The notes beneath the pieces are model-generated. The model worked only from the letters and a program-made list of their open reading frames with translations, was not told where the DNA came from and did no database searches. This document shows, one piece after another, positions 27,763 through 35,632 of a stretch of 60,056 nucleotides of DNA. Made by a program: the position numbers and the translations under genes. This stretch comes from Acidimicrobiales bacterium (lineage in GTDB: Bacteria; Actinomycetota; Acidimicrobiia; Acidimicrobiales; JAUTXP01): NCBI GenBank assembly GCA_035651095.1, contig DASRGI010000089.1, forward strand, positions 1 to 60,056. Direction: 5' to 3'. Each line of letters starts with the position of its first letter. The stretch's first letter is position 1.

Positions 27763-29283
27763 GTGATCCGACGCGTGGCCCGATGGGTGGACGACCGCCT
27801 GTCGCTGTCGCGCTTCGCTCGCACCACCTTGAACAAGGTCTTCCCCGACCACTGGTCCTTCATGTTGGGCGAGGTGGCTCTGTACGCGTTCGTGGTGCTC
27901 GTGCTCACGGGCACGTTCCTCACGTTCTTCTTCAACCCCTCGACGCGCGAGATCGTGTACCACGGCTCCTACAAGCCGTTGCAGGGAATCACCATGTCGC
28001 AGGCCTACGAATCGACGGTGCGGCTGAGCTTCGACGTGCGGGCCGGGCTGGTGATGCGCCAGATCCACCACTGGGCGGCGCTGGTGTTCATCGCCGCCAT
28101 CGTCACCCACCTGTGCCGGGTGTTCTTCACCGGCGCGTTCCGCCGGCCGCGAGAGTTGAACTGGATCGTGGGCGTGACGTTGCTGCTGCTTGCCGTGGGC
28201 AACGGCTTCACCGGCTACTCGTTGCCCGACGATCTGCTGTCGGGGACGGGCCTGCGCATCGCCTACTCGATCGTGCTCGGCGTCCCGTTCGTGGGCACGT
28301 GGCTGGCGTTCCTGTTCTTCGGGGGCGAGTTCCCGGCCGACCAGATCGTGAACCGGCTGTTCGTGATCCACATCATGATCGTGCCCGCGCTGATCGTCGC
28401 CCTGCTCACCGCCCACATGGCGATCCTGTGGCGGCAGAAGCACACGCAGTTCCCGGGCCGGGGACGCCGTGACGACAACGTGGTGGGGTCGTACCTGTGG
28501 CCCACGTACGCGGCCAAGAGCGTGGGGTTGTTCTGCCTGGTGTTCGCCGTGCTGGCCGCCCTGGGCGGGCTGGCCCAGATCAACCCCATCTGGCTCTACG
28601 GCCCGTTCCACCCGGCGGTGGTGTCGACCGCGGCCCAGCCCGACTGGTACGTGGGTTGGCTGGAGGGCGCCCTGCGCATCATGCCGCCGTGGGAGATCCG
28701 GGCCTTCCACCACACCCTCGCCAACGTGTTCTTCCCGGGCGTGCTGCTGCCCGGCATCACGTTCGGGTTCCTGTACGCATGGCCGTTCCTGGAGGAGCGG
28801 TTCACGCACGACTACGCCGTGCACCACCTGCTCGACCGGCCCCGGTACCGGCCGTTGCGCACCGCCTTCGGCGTGGCCACGCTCACGTTCTACGGCGTGC
28901 TGCTGGTGGCCGGCGCTCAGGACATCGTGGCCCAGAAGCTCGACGTGTCAATCGTGACGGTCACCCACACGCTGCAGGTGCTGCTGCTGGTGCTGCCCGT
29001 GCTGTTCGCCGTGCTGGCATGGAAGGTGTGCCGTGACCTGGCCGGGGCCGAGGAGCTGGCCCAGCGCAAGGCCCGCATTCGGGGCGAGGTGCCGCCCGAC
29101 GACGGCGGGGGCCCACCGCCGCCGGCCGCGGGCGCAGCCGGGGCCGTCCCCGTCATGGCCATGGCCGCCGGGCCGGCCCCGGCATCCTCGGGCCAGCGCG
29201 ATCACACCGGCCGGTGGATGGCCGCCGGCACCGCGGTGGCCGCGGGCGTGGCCTGGGTCCTCGGCCGCCGCCGCCGCCCGTAA
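27763..29283 (+). CDS. qcrB: cytochrome bc1-complex cytochrome b subunit (QcrB type)
   Basis: 506 aa. ..NKVFPDHWSFMLGEVALYAFVVLVLTG.., ..RQIHHWAALVFIAAIVTHL.., ..VIHIMIVPALI.. and a long Pro/Ala-rich C-terminal tail. Confidence 0.85.
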   Translation: MIRRVARWVDDRLSLSRFARTTLNKVFPDHWSFMLGEVALYAFVVLVLTGTFLTFFFNPSTREIVYHGSYKPLQGITMSQAYESTVRLSFDVRAGLVMRQIHHWAALVFIAAIVTHLCRVFFTGAFRRPRELNWIVGVTLLLLAVGNGFTGYSLPDDLLSGTGLRIAYSIVLGVPFVGTWLAFLFFGGEFPADQIVNRLFVIHIMIVPALIVALLTAHMAILWRQKHTQFPGRGRRDDNVVGSYLWPTYAAKSVGLFCLVFAVLAALGGLAQINPIWLYGPFHPAVVSTAAQPDWYVGWLEGALRIMPPWEIRAFHHTLANVFFPGVLLPGITFGFLYAWPFLEERFTHDYAVHHLLDRPRYRPLRTAFGVATLTFYGVLLVAGAQDIVAQKLDVSIVTVTHTLQVLLLVLPVLFAVLAWKVCRDLAGAEELAQRKARIRGEVPPDDGGGPPPPAAGAAGAVPVMAMAAGPAPASSGQRDHTGRWMAAGTAVAAGVAWVLGRRRRP

Positions 29284-29316
29284 CCACGCCCCTGCGCCGG
29301 CCCCCTCCTCGTGAAG

Positions 29317-29369
29317 CCGTTCTCTTGCAACTGAGTTTCGGTACTCGCGACTGAGTTGCAACAGAACGG
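29317..29369. repeat. imperfect 20-bp-stem palindrome between convergent qcrB and ctaG (two inverted copies of a recurring 19-mer)
   Basis: CCGTTCTCTTGCAACTGAG (29317-29335) faces the reverse complement of CCGTTCTGTTGCAACTCAG (29351-29369). Likely a bidirectional terminator or REP-like element. Confidence 0.6.
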
Positions 29370-29395
29370 TTGGGGCGCCGCCGCCAGTGGGTGTC

Positions 29396-30205
29396 TCACC
29401 GGATCGGCACCTCGGCGGGCGTGGCCGGCGACACCTTGTCGGCGTGGGCCAGCCATGCCGCGAACAGCAGGCATGCGCCCAGCAGGCTGGGCACGCACGC
29501 CGACCCCCACATCAGCGCGCCGGCCACCTGCTGGTCGTTGAGGGCGGCATCCAACCGCCCGCCGAACCCGTGCGCGATGTACCACGGGTACCAGGGATGG
29601 CCGGTGAGGGCGAGGGCGGCGCCCAGAGCGGTGGCGGGCAGCGTGGTGAGGAACACCACCAGCACGCCGGGGCCGTAGGCCGACCGCCGCCGGGCTCCGG
29701 CGGCCACCCACCACAGCAGGGCCGACGTGGCCAGCAACGACACGTGCTCCATCCCGTGCAGCACGGCGTTGGACAGTGCCGCGTCGTACAGGGCGGGGAC
29801 GTGCCACACCCACATGGCCGCCGTCGACAGCACCAGCGCCACCAGCGCCCACAGATACCAGCGGCCACCCACGGCCGACCGGTTGACCGCTCGCGCCCAG
29901 CGCGCCGCCCGCCGGCGCGCTCGCCCGGGGAGGGCCCACACCAACGGCGGCACCGGTTCGCCCACGACGAGCAGGGGCGCGGCCACCGTCATGAGCAGCA
30001 GATGCTGGACCATGTGCGCGGTCAGCGAACGGTCGGCGGCCACGTCGACCGGCGGCGACAGCGCCACCCCGACGGCCACCAGCCCGCCGAAGAACGCGGC
30101 GACCTCCCACCGGCGCACGCCCTGGCCCCTGCCCGCGTGGCGCCACACCCGCCGGACACCGACCGCGTACCACCACGCCAGCAGGGCGACGCCAGCCTCA
30201 GCCAC
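29396..30205 (-). CDS. ctaG: cytochrome c oxidase assembly factor CtaG (caa3-type, membrane)
   Basis: 269 aa, multi-TM. ..TAHMVQHLLLMTVAAPLLV.., ..WHVPALYDAAL.., ..HGMEHVSLL... Confidence 0.7.
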   Translation of the reverse strand: MAEAGVALLAWWYAVGVRRVWRHAGRGQGVRRWEVAAFFGGLVAVGVALSPPVDVAADRSLTAHMVQHLLLMTVAAPLLVVGEPVPPLVWALPGRARRRAARWARAVNRSAVGGRWYLWALVALVLSTAAMWVWHVPALYDAALSNAVLHGMEHVSLLATSALLWWVAAGARRRSAYGPGVLVVFLTTLPATALGAALALTGHPWYPWYIAHGFGGRLDAALNDQQVAGALMWGSACVPSLLGACLLFAAWLAHADKVSPATPAEVPIR

Positions 30206-30524
30206 AGCCCCGAAGCGTCCAGATGAAGGCCTCCTCGATGAGGATGAGGAGGAGCGACAGGCCGCCCATGGACAAGCCCAGCCAGCCGAGGAACACGTAC
30301 CGGTCGTCGACGCTCGCCCGCCGCACGCGGTAGCTGATCCACAGGGCCGCCGCCGTGGCCCCGCCGGTGACGACCGTGAGCAGGTGGGCGCCCCACTGCT
30401 CCCACTGGTGGGCGCACCAGCCGCTGGCGAAGGCGGACACTCCGGTGATGTGCACCATCCAGAGCAGCGGCCCCGAGGTGACGCCGTACCACAGCCAGAA
30501 GCCCCGAGCGGGGGCGCGCCTCAC
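30198..30524 (-). CDS. small polytopic membrane protein inside the oxidase operon (possible subunit IV analogue)
   Basis: The GTG at 30524 overlaps the ctaE stop (GTGA); an ATG at 30536 is an alternative. It has 3-4 hydrophobic helices. I see no family motif, so the call rests on context only. Confidence 0.45.
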   Translation of the reverse strand: MRRAPARGFWLWYGVTSGPLLWMVHITGVSAFASGWCAHQWEQWGAHLLTVVTGGATAAALWISYRVRRASVDDRYVFLGWLGLSMGGLSLLLILIEEAFIWTLRGCG

Positions 30525-31120
30525 CGCAACAGCCATGGCGACAGGTAGAGGGACGAGAACACGAGGATCCAGACGGCGTCGACGAAGTGCCAGTACAGCG
30601 ACGCGATCTCGACGGTGTGGTGGCGCTGGCCGTCGAACTTGCCCAGCCACGCCTTGGCCTGCACGACCGCGTTCATCACCAGGCCCACGAGGAGGTGGGC
30701 GCCGTGCAGTCCCGTGATCGTGTAGAAGAGCGAGCCGTAGACGGTGGGCCGGATGCCGAAGTGGAGGTCGTGGTACTCCACTGCCTGGTTGGCCAGGAAG
30801 GCGGCACCCATGATCCAGGCCACGGCCAGGCCCAGCTTCAACCGGCCCACGTGGCCCCGGCGGATGGCCCACTCCGCCCACGCCATGGGGACGCTGCTGC
30901 CCAGGAGCACGACGGTGGCGATCGAGATCTTGCCGAGCGGAGGCTTCTCGATGCCGGCGGGCGGCCACGGGTGTTGGCCCGCTCGCACGTAGAAGTACGA
31001 CCCGACGAGCGCGCCGAAGATCATCAGCTCGGTGAGGATGAGCATCCACATGCCCCACGTGCCCCGGCGCAGGCCGCGCACCCGGCCCGTGGCCATGGGG
31101 ACGGCGACGGCGGCGCTCAC
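30521..31120 (-). CDS. ctaE: cytochrome c oxidase subunit III
   Basis: The GTG at 31120 overlaps the ctaD stop (GTGA). ..GMWMLILTELMIFGALV.., ..FYTITGLHGAHLLVGL.., ..YWHFVDAVWILVF... Confidence 0.85.
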   Translation of the reverse strand: MSAAVAVPMATGRVRGLRRGTWGMWMLILTELMIFGALVGSYFYVRAGQHPWPPAGIEKPPLGKISIATVVLLGSSVPMAWAEWAIRRGHVGRLKLGLAVAWIMGAAFLANQAVEYHDLHFGIRPTVYGSLFYTITGLHGAHLLVGLVMNAVVQAKAWLGKFDGQRHHTVEIASLYWHFVDAVWILVFSSLYLSPWLLR

Positions 31121-33006
31121 CTGATGTCCTCCGCCGTGCGCCATGTCCATACGCCCACGGCCGCGGCCGCCAGCACCACACCGACGACGATCACCGTCAC
31201 CTGGCTCACGAGGAAGCCCACGAACACGATGCCGACGCCCAGCGCGGAGAGGAAGGGGACGTACGTCTCCTCGGGCACCTGCATGATGTCCTCGACCACC
31301 GTGTCCATGCCCTCGGTGATGGGCGTTTGCCGCTCGAGGGCGGCGTCGACGCCACCGCCCTCGACGTTGGCCGCCGGCAGCACGCCGTCCCACATGGGAT
31401 GCCGGCTCGACACCGCGGGGATGACGGCGAAGTTCTCGTGCGGCGGGGGCGACGGTAACGACCACTCGAGGGTGTCGCCGTCCCACGGGTTGGGTCCGGC
31501 GGGGGCGCCGCGGGCCCGGCTCCAGAAGAAGTTGTAGAGCGAGACGGCGGTGCCCAGGCCGAACAGGAAGCCGCCGACGGTGGACAGCATGTTGAGCCAG
31601 TCCCATCCCAACCCGGCCGGGTACGTGTAGATGCGCCGGGGCATGCCCAACAGCCCCAGGATGTGTTGTGGGAAGAAGCCGAGGTTGAAGCCGGCGAACA
31701 TGATCCAGAAGCTCCACTTGCCCAACCGCTCCGACAGCATGCGGCCGGTCATCTTGGGGAGCCAGTAGTAGAGGGCGGCGAAGATGGGGAACAGGACACC
31801 GCCCACGAGCACGTAGTGGAAGTGGGCCACCACGAAGTACGTGTCGTGCACCTGCCAGTCGAACGGCATCACTGCCACCATCACGCCGGTGATCCCGCCG
31901 AGCACGAAGATCGACACGAAGCCGATGGTGTAGAGCAGCGGTGTCGACCACCGGACCGTGCCCCGCCACAGCGTGGCGATGAGGGCGAAGATCACGATGC
32001 CGCTCGGTATGGAGATGGTGAGGCTCGCTCCCGAGAAGAAGCCCATGGCCTGGGACGGCAGGCCGGTGGCGAACATGTGGTGCACCCATAGCCCGAAGCT
32101 CACGAAGCCGATGCCGACGACGGCGGTGACCACCCACACATACGCCTTCAGCCGGGCCTTGGCGAACACGGGGACGATGGTGGCGATCATGCCGATGGCC
32201 GGCACCAGGAGGATGTACACCTCGGGGTGTCCCCAGAACCAGAACAGGTGCTGGAACAGGAGGGGGCTCCCCTTGCGCAACGGGTCGTAGAACGCGGTGC
32301 CCACCTTGCGGTCCATCTCCAGGAGGCCGCACGCCACGGTCAGGGCGGGCACGGCGAAGAGGATCATGAAGCCCATGACGAGGATCGACCACACGAAGAC
32401 GGGCATGCGGTTCAACGTCATCCCGGGGGCGCGCATCTTGAACACGGTGACGATGAAGTTGACGGCGCCGACCGTCGTCGAGATGCCGAGGAAGATGACG
32501 CCCAGGCCCCAGAAGTCGATGTTCAGCGCGGGCGAGTAGGTCTTTCCTGTGAGGGGCACGTACGAGAACCAGCCCCCGTCGGGCGCCTTCCCCATGAACT
32601 GGCTGGTGAACATGAAGAGGCCCGACAGGAGGAACACCCAGTAGCTGAAGGCGTTCAGCCGGGGGAACGCCATGTCGCGCGTGCCCAGCTGCAAGGGGAG
32701 CAGGTAGTTGCCGAAGCCGGCCAGAACCGGGGTGTTGAAGAGGAAGATCATCGTGGTGCCGTGCATGGTGAACAGCTGGTTGTAGGCGCTGGGCCCGAGC
32801 ACGTGGAGGTCGGGCTCGGCCAACTGCACGCGCATCACCAGCGCCTGCAGCCCGGCCACGAAGAAGAAGATGAAGGCGGTGTAGATGTACCGCACGCCGA
32901 TGCGCTTGTGATCGACACTGGTGAGGAAGCCGATCAGGCCGGGCGCGTCGCGCCAGGCGGTCTCGACCACGTCCTCGTCGACCACGGGCAGGGCGGTGGT
33001 CGTCAC
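31117..33006 (-). CDS. ctaD: cytochrome c oxidase subunit I
   Basis: The GTG at 33006 overlaps the ctaC stop (GTGA). ..TSVDHKRIGVRYI.., ..LFWFWGHPEVYILLVPA.., ..HHMFATG.., ..VVAHFHYVLVGG... Confidence 0.9.
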   Translation of the reverse strand: MTTTALPVVDEDVVETAWRDAPGLIGFLTSVDHKRIGVRYIYTAFIFFFVAGLQALVMRVQLAEPDLHVLGPSAYNQLFTMHGTTMIFLFNTPVLAGFGNYLLPLQLGTRDMAFPRLNAFSYWVFLLSGLFMFTSQFMGKAPDGGWFSYVPLTGKTYSPALNIDFWGLGVIFLGISTTVGAVNFIVTVFKMRAPGMTLNRMPVFVWSILVMGFMILFAVPALTVACGLLEMDRKVGTAFYDPLRKGSPLLFQHLFWFWGHPEVYILLVPAIGMIATIVPVFAKARLKAYVWVVTAVVGIGFVSFGLWVHHMFATGLPSQAMGFFSGASLTISIPSGIVIFALIATLWRGTVRWSTPLLYTIGFVSIFVLGGITGVMVAVMPFDWQVHDTYFVVAHFHYVLVGGVLFPIFAALYYWLPKMTGRMLSERLGKWSFWIMFAGFNLGFFPQHILGLLGMPRRIYTYPAGLGWDWLNMLSTVGGFLFGLGTAVSLYNFFWSRARGAPAGPNPWDGDTLEWSLPSPPPHENFAVIPAVSSRHPMWDGVLPAANVEGGGVDAALERQTPITEGMDTVVEDIMQVPEETYVPFLSALGVGIVFVGFLVSQVTVIVVGVVLAAAAVGVWTWRTAEDIR

Positions 33007-33923
33007 TTCAGTGCCTCCAGGTAGGCGAGCACCGCTTGGAGCTGGTCGGGGCTGAGGTCGACGTCGGGCATGAGGCTCCCCCGCTTCAGGGACTGGGCGT
33101 GCTGGACCCACTCGGCCAGGTGCTCACGATCGTTGGGCACGGTGACGGCGCCAAGGGTGGTTCGGCTGGCCAGGTGGGTGAGATCGGGCCCGAAGGTGCC
33201 GTCGGCGGGCGTGCCCCGCACCGTGTGGCAGCCCGCGCACGTGAGGCGGGAGAAGAGCGCTTCCCCGGCGACGTCGGTGGGGGCGTCACCGGCCTGGTCG
33301 GCCACCCAGGTGCGGAACAGGCCGGGCGGGTCGGCGATCACGAGGAAGTCCATGTGGGCGTGTTGCAGCCCGCAGAACTCGGCGCACAGGCCCCGGTAGG
33401 TCCCCGGGTGGTCGGCCCTGATGTGGATGAGGTTCGTCTTGCCGGGGATGAGGTCGACCTTGCCCGCCAGCTCCGGCACCCAGAAGCTGTGGTTGACGTC
33501 CACCGACGTGAGCGTGATGTCGACGGGCTCACCCACCGGGATGTGGATCTCGTTGGCCGTGACCGCTCGCTGGGCTGGGTACTTGACCGCCCACCAGTAC
33601 TGGTACCCGGTGACCTCGACCTGCAGGGCATTGGGCTCCGAGCGGGTGAGCCGGTGGGTGGTGTGGATGGTGACGACGGCGAGGAGGAGCACCACCGCGC
33701 TGGGCACCACCAGCCCGCCGGCCACGATGAATGCGTGGTCGGTGAAGCGGGTGGGACGCTCGCCCTTGCGGAAGAGGCCGAACACGAACAGGCCCATGGT
33801 CACCACGTAGATGACGGTGGCGATGCCGACCATGAGCCAGAAGACGTGGGCCAGGTCGCGTGCCGCCGGCCCCTTCGGGTCGAGGGCACTGGGCGCCTTG
33901 GCGAGGAGAAGCGCCAGCGTCAC
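33003..33923 (-). CDS. ctaC: cytochrome c oxidase subunit II with fused C-terminal cytochrome c domain (caa3 type)
   Basis: CuA site CAEFCGLQHAHM, then a heme c motif CAGCH plus a distal ..GSLMP... The GTG at 33923 overlaps the qcrA stop. Confidence 0.9.
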   Translation of the reverse strand: MTLALLLAKAPSALDPKGPAARDLAHVFWLMVGIATVIYVVTMGLFVFGLFRKGERPTRFTDHAFIVAGGLVVPSAVVLLLAVVTIHTTHRLTRSEPNALQVEVTGYQYWWAVKYPAQRAVTANEIHIPVGEPVDITLTSVDVNHSFWVPELAGKVDLIPGKTNLIHIRADHPGTYRGLCAEFCGLQHAHMDFLVIADPPGLFRTWVADQAGDAPTDVAGEALFSRLTCAGCHTVRGTPADGTFGPDLTHLASRTTLGAVTVPNDREHLAEWVQHAQSLKRGSLMPDVDLSPDQLQAVLAYLEALK

Positions 33924-34801
33924 CGGCGGTTCCAGAAGGCTGGGCCGATGGGCTCCGGGTAGTCACTGCGCGCCCGGAGGAACCCTTGGCCGTCGACCCG
34001 CAGCGGCAGCTGGGGGAGCGACCGGGTGGCCGGGCCGAAAACGGGCCGGGCCCCGTCGAGCACGTCGAAGGCCGACTGGTGGCAGGGGCACAGCAACTGG
34101 TGGGTCTCGACCTGGTACAGGCCCACGGGGCAGCCGGCGTGGGTGCAGACCTTGTTGTAGGCCACGTAGCCGTTGGGGGCCCACGCTTCCCGGCCGGGGC
34201 GGGGCCGGTTGAGGTCGGCCTCCACCCGCACCAGCACGGTCTGGCCGTCGGCCGAGCCGGCGTGGCCTTCGGGATAGACGGTGAACATGCCGCCGATGGG
34301 GATGTCCTCGGCCCGGATGGGCTCACCGTCCTCGCCCACCACCCGGCTGCCGGGGCGCCAGGGCGTGCGGTACAGGGACTTGCCCGGGCTGGGGCCGAGG
34401 GAGCGGATGGGGAACACGGCGGCCACGCCCAGGGCGGCCGCGGCCAGGCCCAGCATGCGGGTGAGGAGCTTGCGCCGGCCGATGACCCCGCCCCGCTCGA
34501 AGCTCTCCTCCACCACCTCGAGCTCTGCTTCGGTGGCCTCGTGGAGGTGGCGCTCCTCAACCACCGGGCCCTGGGGGAGGAGGCGGTGGCCCCACACGAC
34601 GAAGCCGAAGCCGAACCCGCCCAGGGCGATGGCCAGCAGCACCCCCTCGGCCTGGGGCTGGCCGCCGTTGAAGTAGACGACGGCCAGGGCGATGGCGGCC
34701 ACGATGGTCACGGCGAAGCCGAGGGCGGCGCGCAGCTCGTCGCCGGTGCCCCCGGGGACGGGACCGCCGGTGAGGTCGCTCCCGGGATCGGTGTCCGTCA
34801 C
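33920..34801 (-). CDS. qcrA: Rieske iron-sulfur subunit of the bc1 complex
   Basis: The GTG at 34801 overlaps the qcrC stop (GTGA). TM helices, then CTHAGCP ... CPCHQSAF. Confidence 0.85.
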   Translation of the reverse strand: MTDTDPGSDLTGGPVPGGTGDELRAALGFAVTIVAAIALAVVYFNGGQPQAEGVLLAIALGGFGFGFVVWGHRLLPQGPVVEERHLHEATEAELEVVEESFERGGVIGRRKLLTRMLGLAAAALGVAAVFPIRSLGPSPGKSLYRTPWRPGSRVVGEDGEPIRAEDIPIGGMFTVYPEGHAGSADGQTVLVRVEADLNRPRPGREAWAPNGYVAYNKVCTHAGCPVGLYQVETHQLLCPCHQSAFDVLDGARPVFGPATRSLPQLPLRVDGQGFLRARSDYPEPIGPAFWNRR

Positions 34802-35571
34802 TCCCGCTCCCCGATCCAGAAGAGGGCGAGCAGCAGCGCGCCGATGCCCGCCACCCAACCGACCAGTCCCTCGGCGAACGGGCCCAGGTGCCACAGGCCC
34901 AGGCCGCCCCGGTCGTCGGGGTGGCGCAGCGACACCACGTAGGCGGCGATGGAGTCGAGTTCGTGCTCGTTGATCGTGCGGGGGCTGAAGCCGGGCATGT
35001 CCACGGGGCCGGCCCGCACCGCCTCGCCGATCTGGGTGGGCGTCGACTGGTGGAGGGACGGGGCGATGAGGCCGAGCAGGGCGCCGCCCTCGCCCGCCCA
35101 CTGGTGGCAGGACGCGCAGTTGGCCCGGTACAGCTCGCCGCCGGCGGCGAGGTCGCCCTTCTCGGGGTGGACGTCGGGGATGGGCGGGCCGCCGGCGATG
35201 AACGGCGTCATGTAGTTGATGAGGGCGTCGATCTGGGCCCGGTCGTAGGCGGGCGGGCGCCGGCGCCGGGGGTCGTCCTCGCTGCGGATGGGCATGCGCC
35301 CGGTGGACAAGGCGTAGTCGACCTCGGCCTCGCCGATGCCCTGGAGGGCCACGCCCTGGTCCGTCCCCTGGCCGCTGTCACCGTGGCAGTACGCGCAGTC
35401 TCGCTGGTACAGGTACCGGCCGTCCGTGCTGTGGCGCTCCGTCGGCGGGATGGGCCCGGGCGCGGCCAACGCGTGGCGCGGGGCCGGCAACGACAGGAAC
35501 GCCAGCGTCAACATGCACGGGAGCGCGACGACACGGGGGAGCACCAGGACTGGCCCTGCCCACCCGCTCAC
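34798..35571 (-). CDS. qcrC: diheme cytochrome c subunit (QcrC type)
   Basis: Two CxxCH motifs (CAYCH, CASCH) and a C-terminal TM anchor. The start is uncertain: GTG 35571, GTG 35544 or ATG 35514. Confidence 0.8.
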   Translation of the reverse strand: MSGWAGPVLVLPRVVALPCMLTLAFLSLPAPRHALAAPGPIPPTERHSTDGRYLYQRDCAYCHGDSGQGTDQGVALQGIGEAEVDYALSTGRMPIRSEDDPRRRRPPAYDRAQIDALINYMTPFIAGGPPIPDVHPEKGDLAAGGELYRANCASCHQWAGEGGALLGLIAPSLHQSTPTQIGEAVRAGPVDMPGFSPRTINEHELDSIAAYVVSLRHPDDRGGLGLWHLGPFAEGLVGWVAGIGALLLALFWIGERE

Positions 35572-35632
35572 CCCCCCGAAACCTGCCCACTCGATCGCCC
35601 ATCGATCGTGGCCGAGCAGGGTAGGTTCCCCG

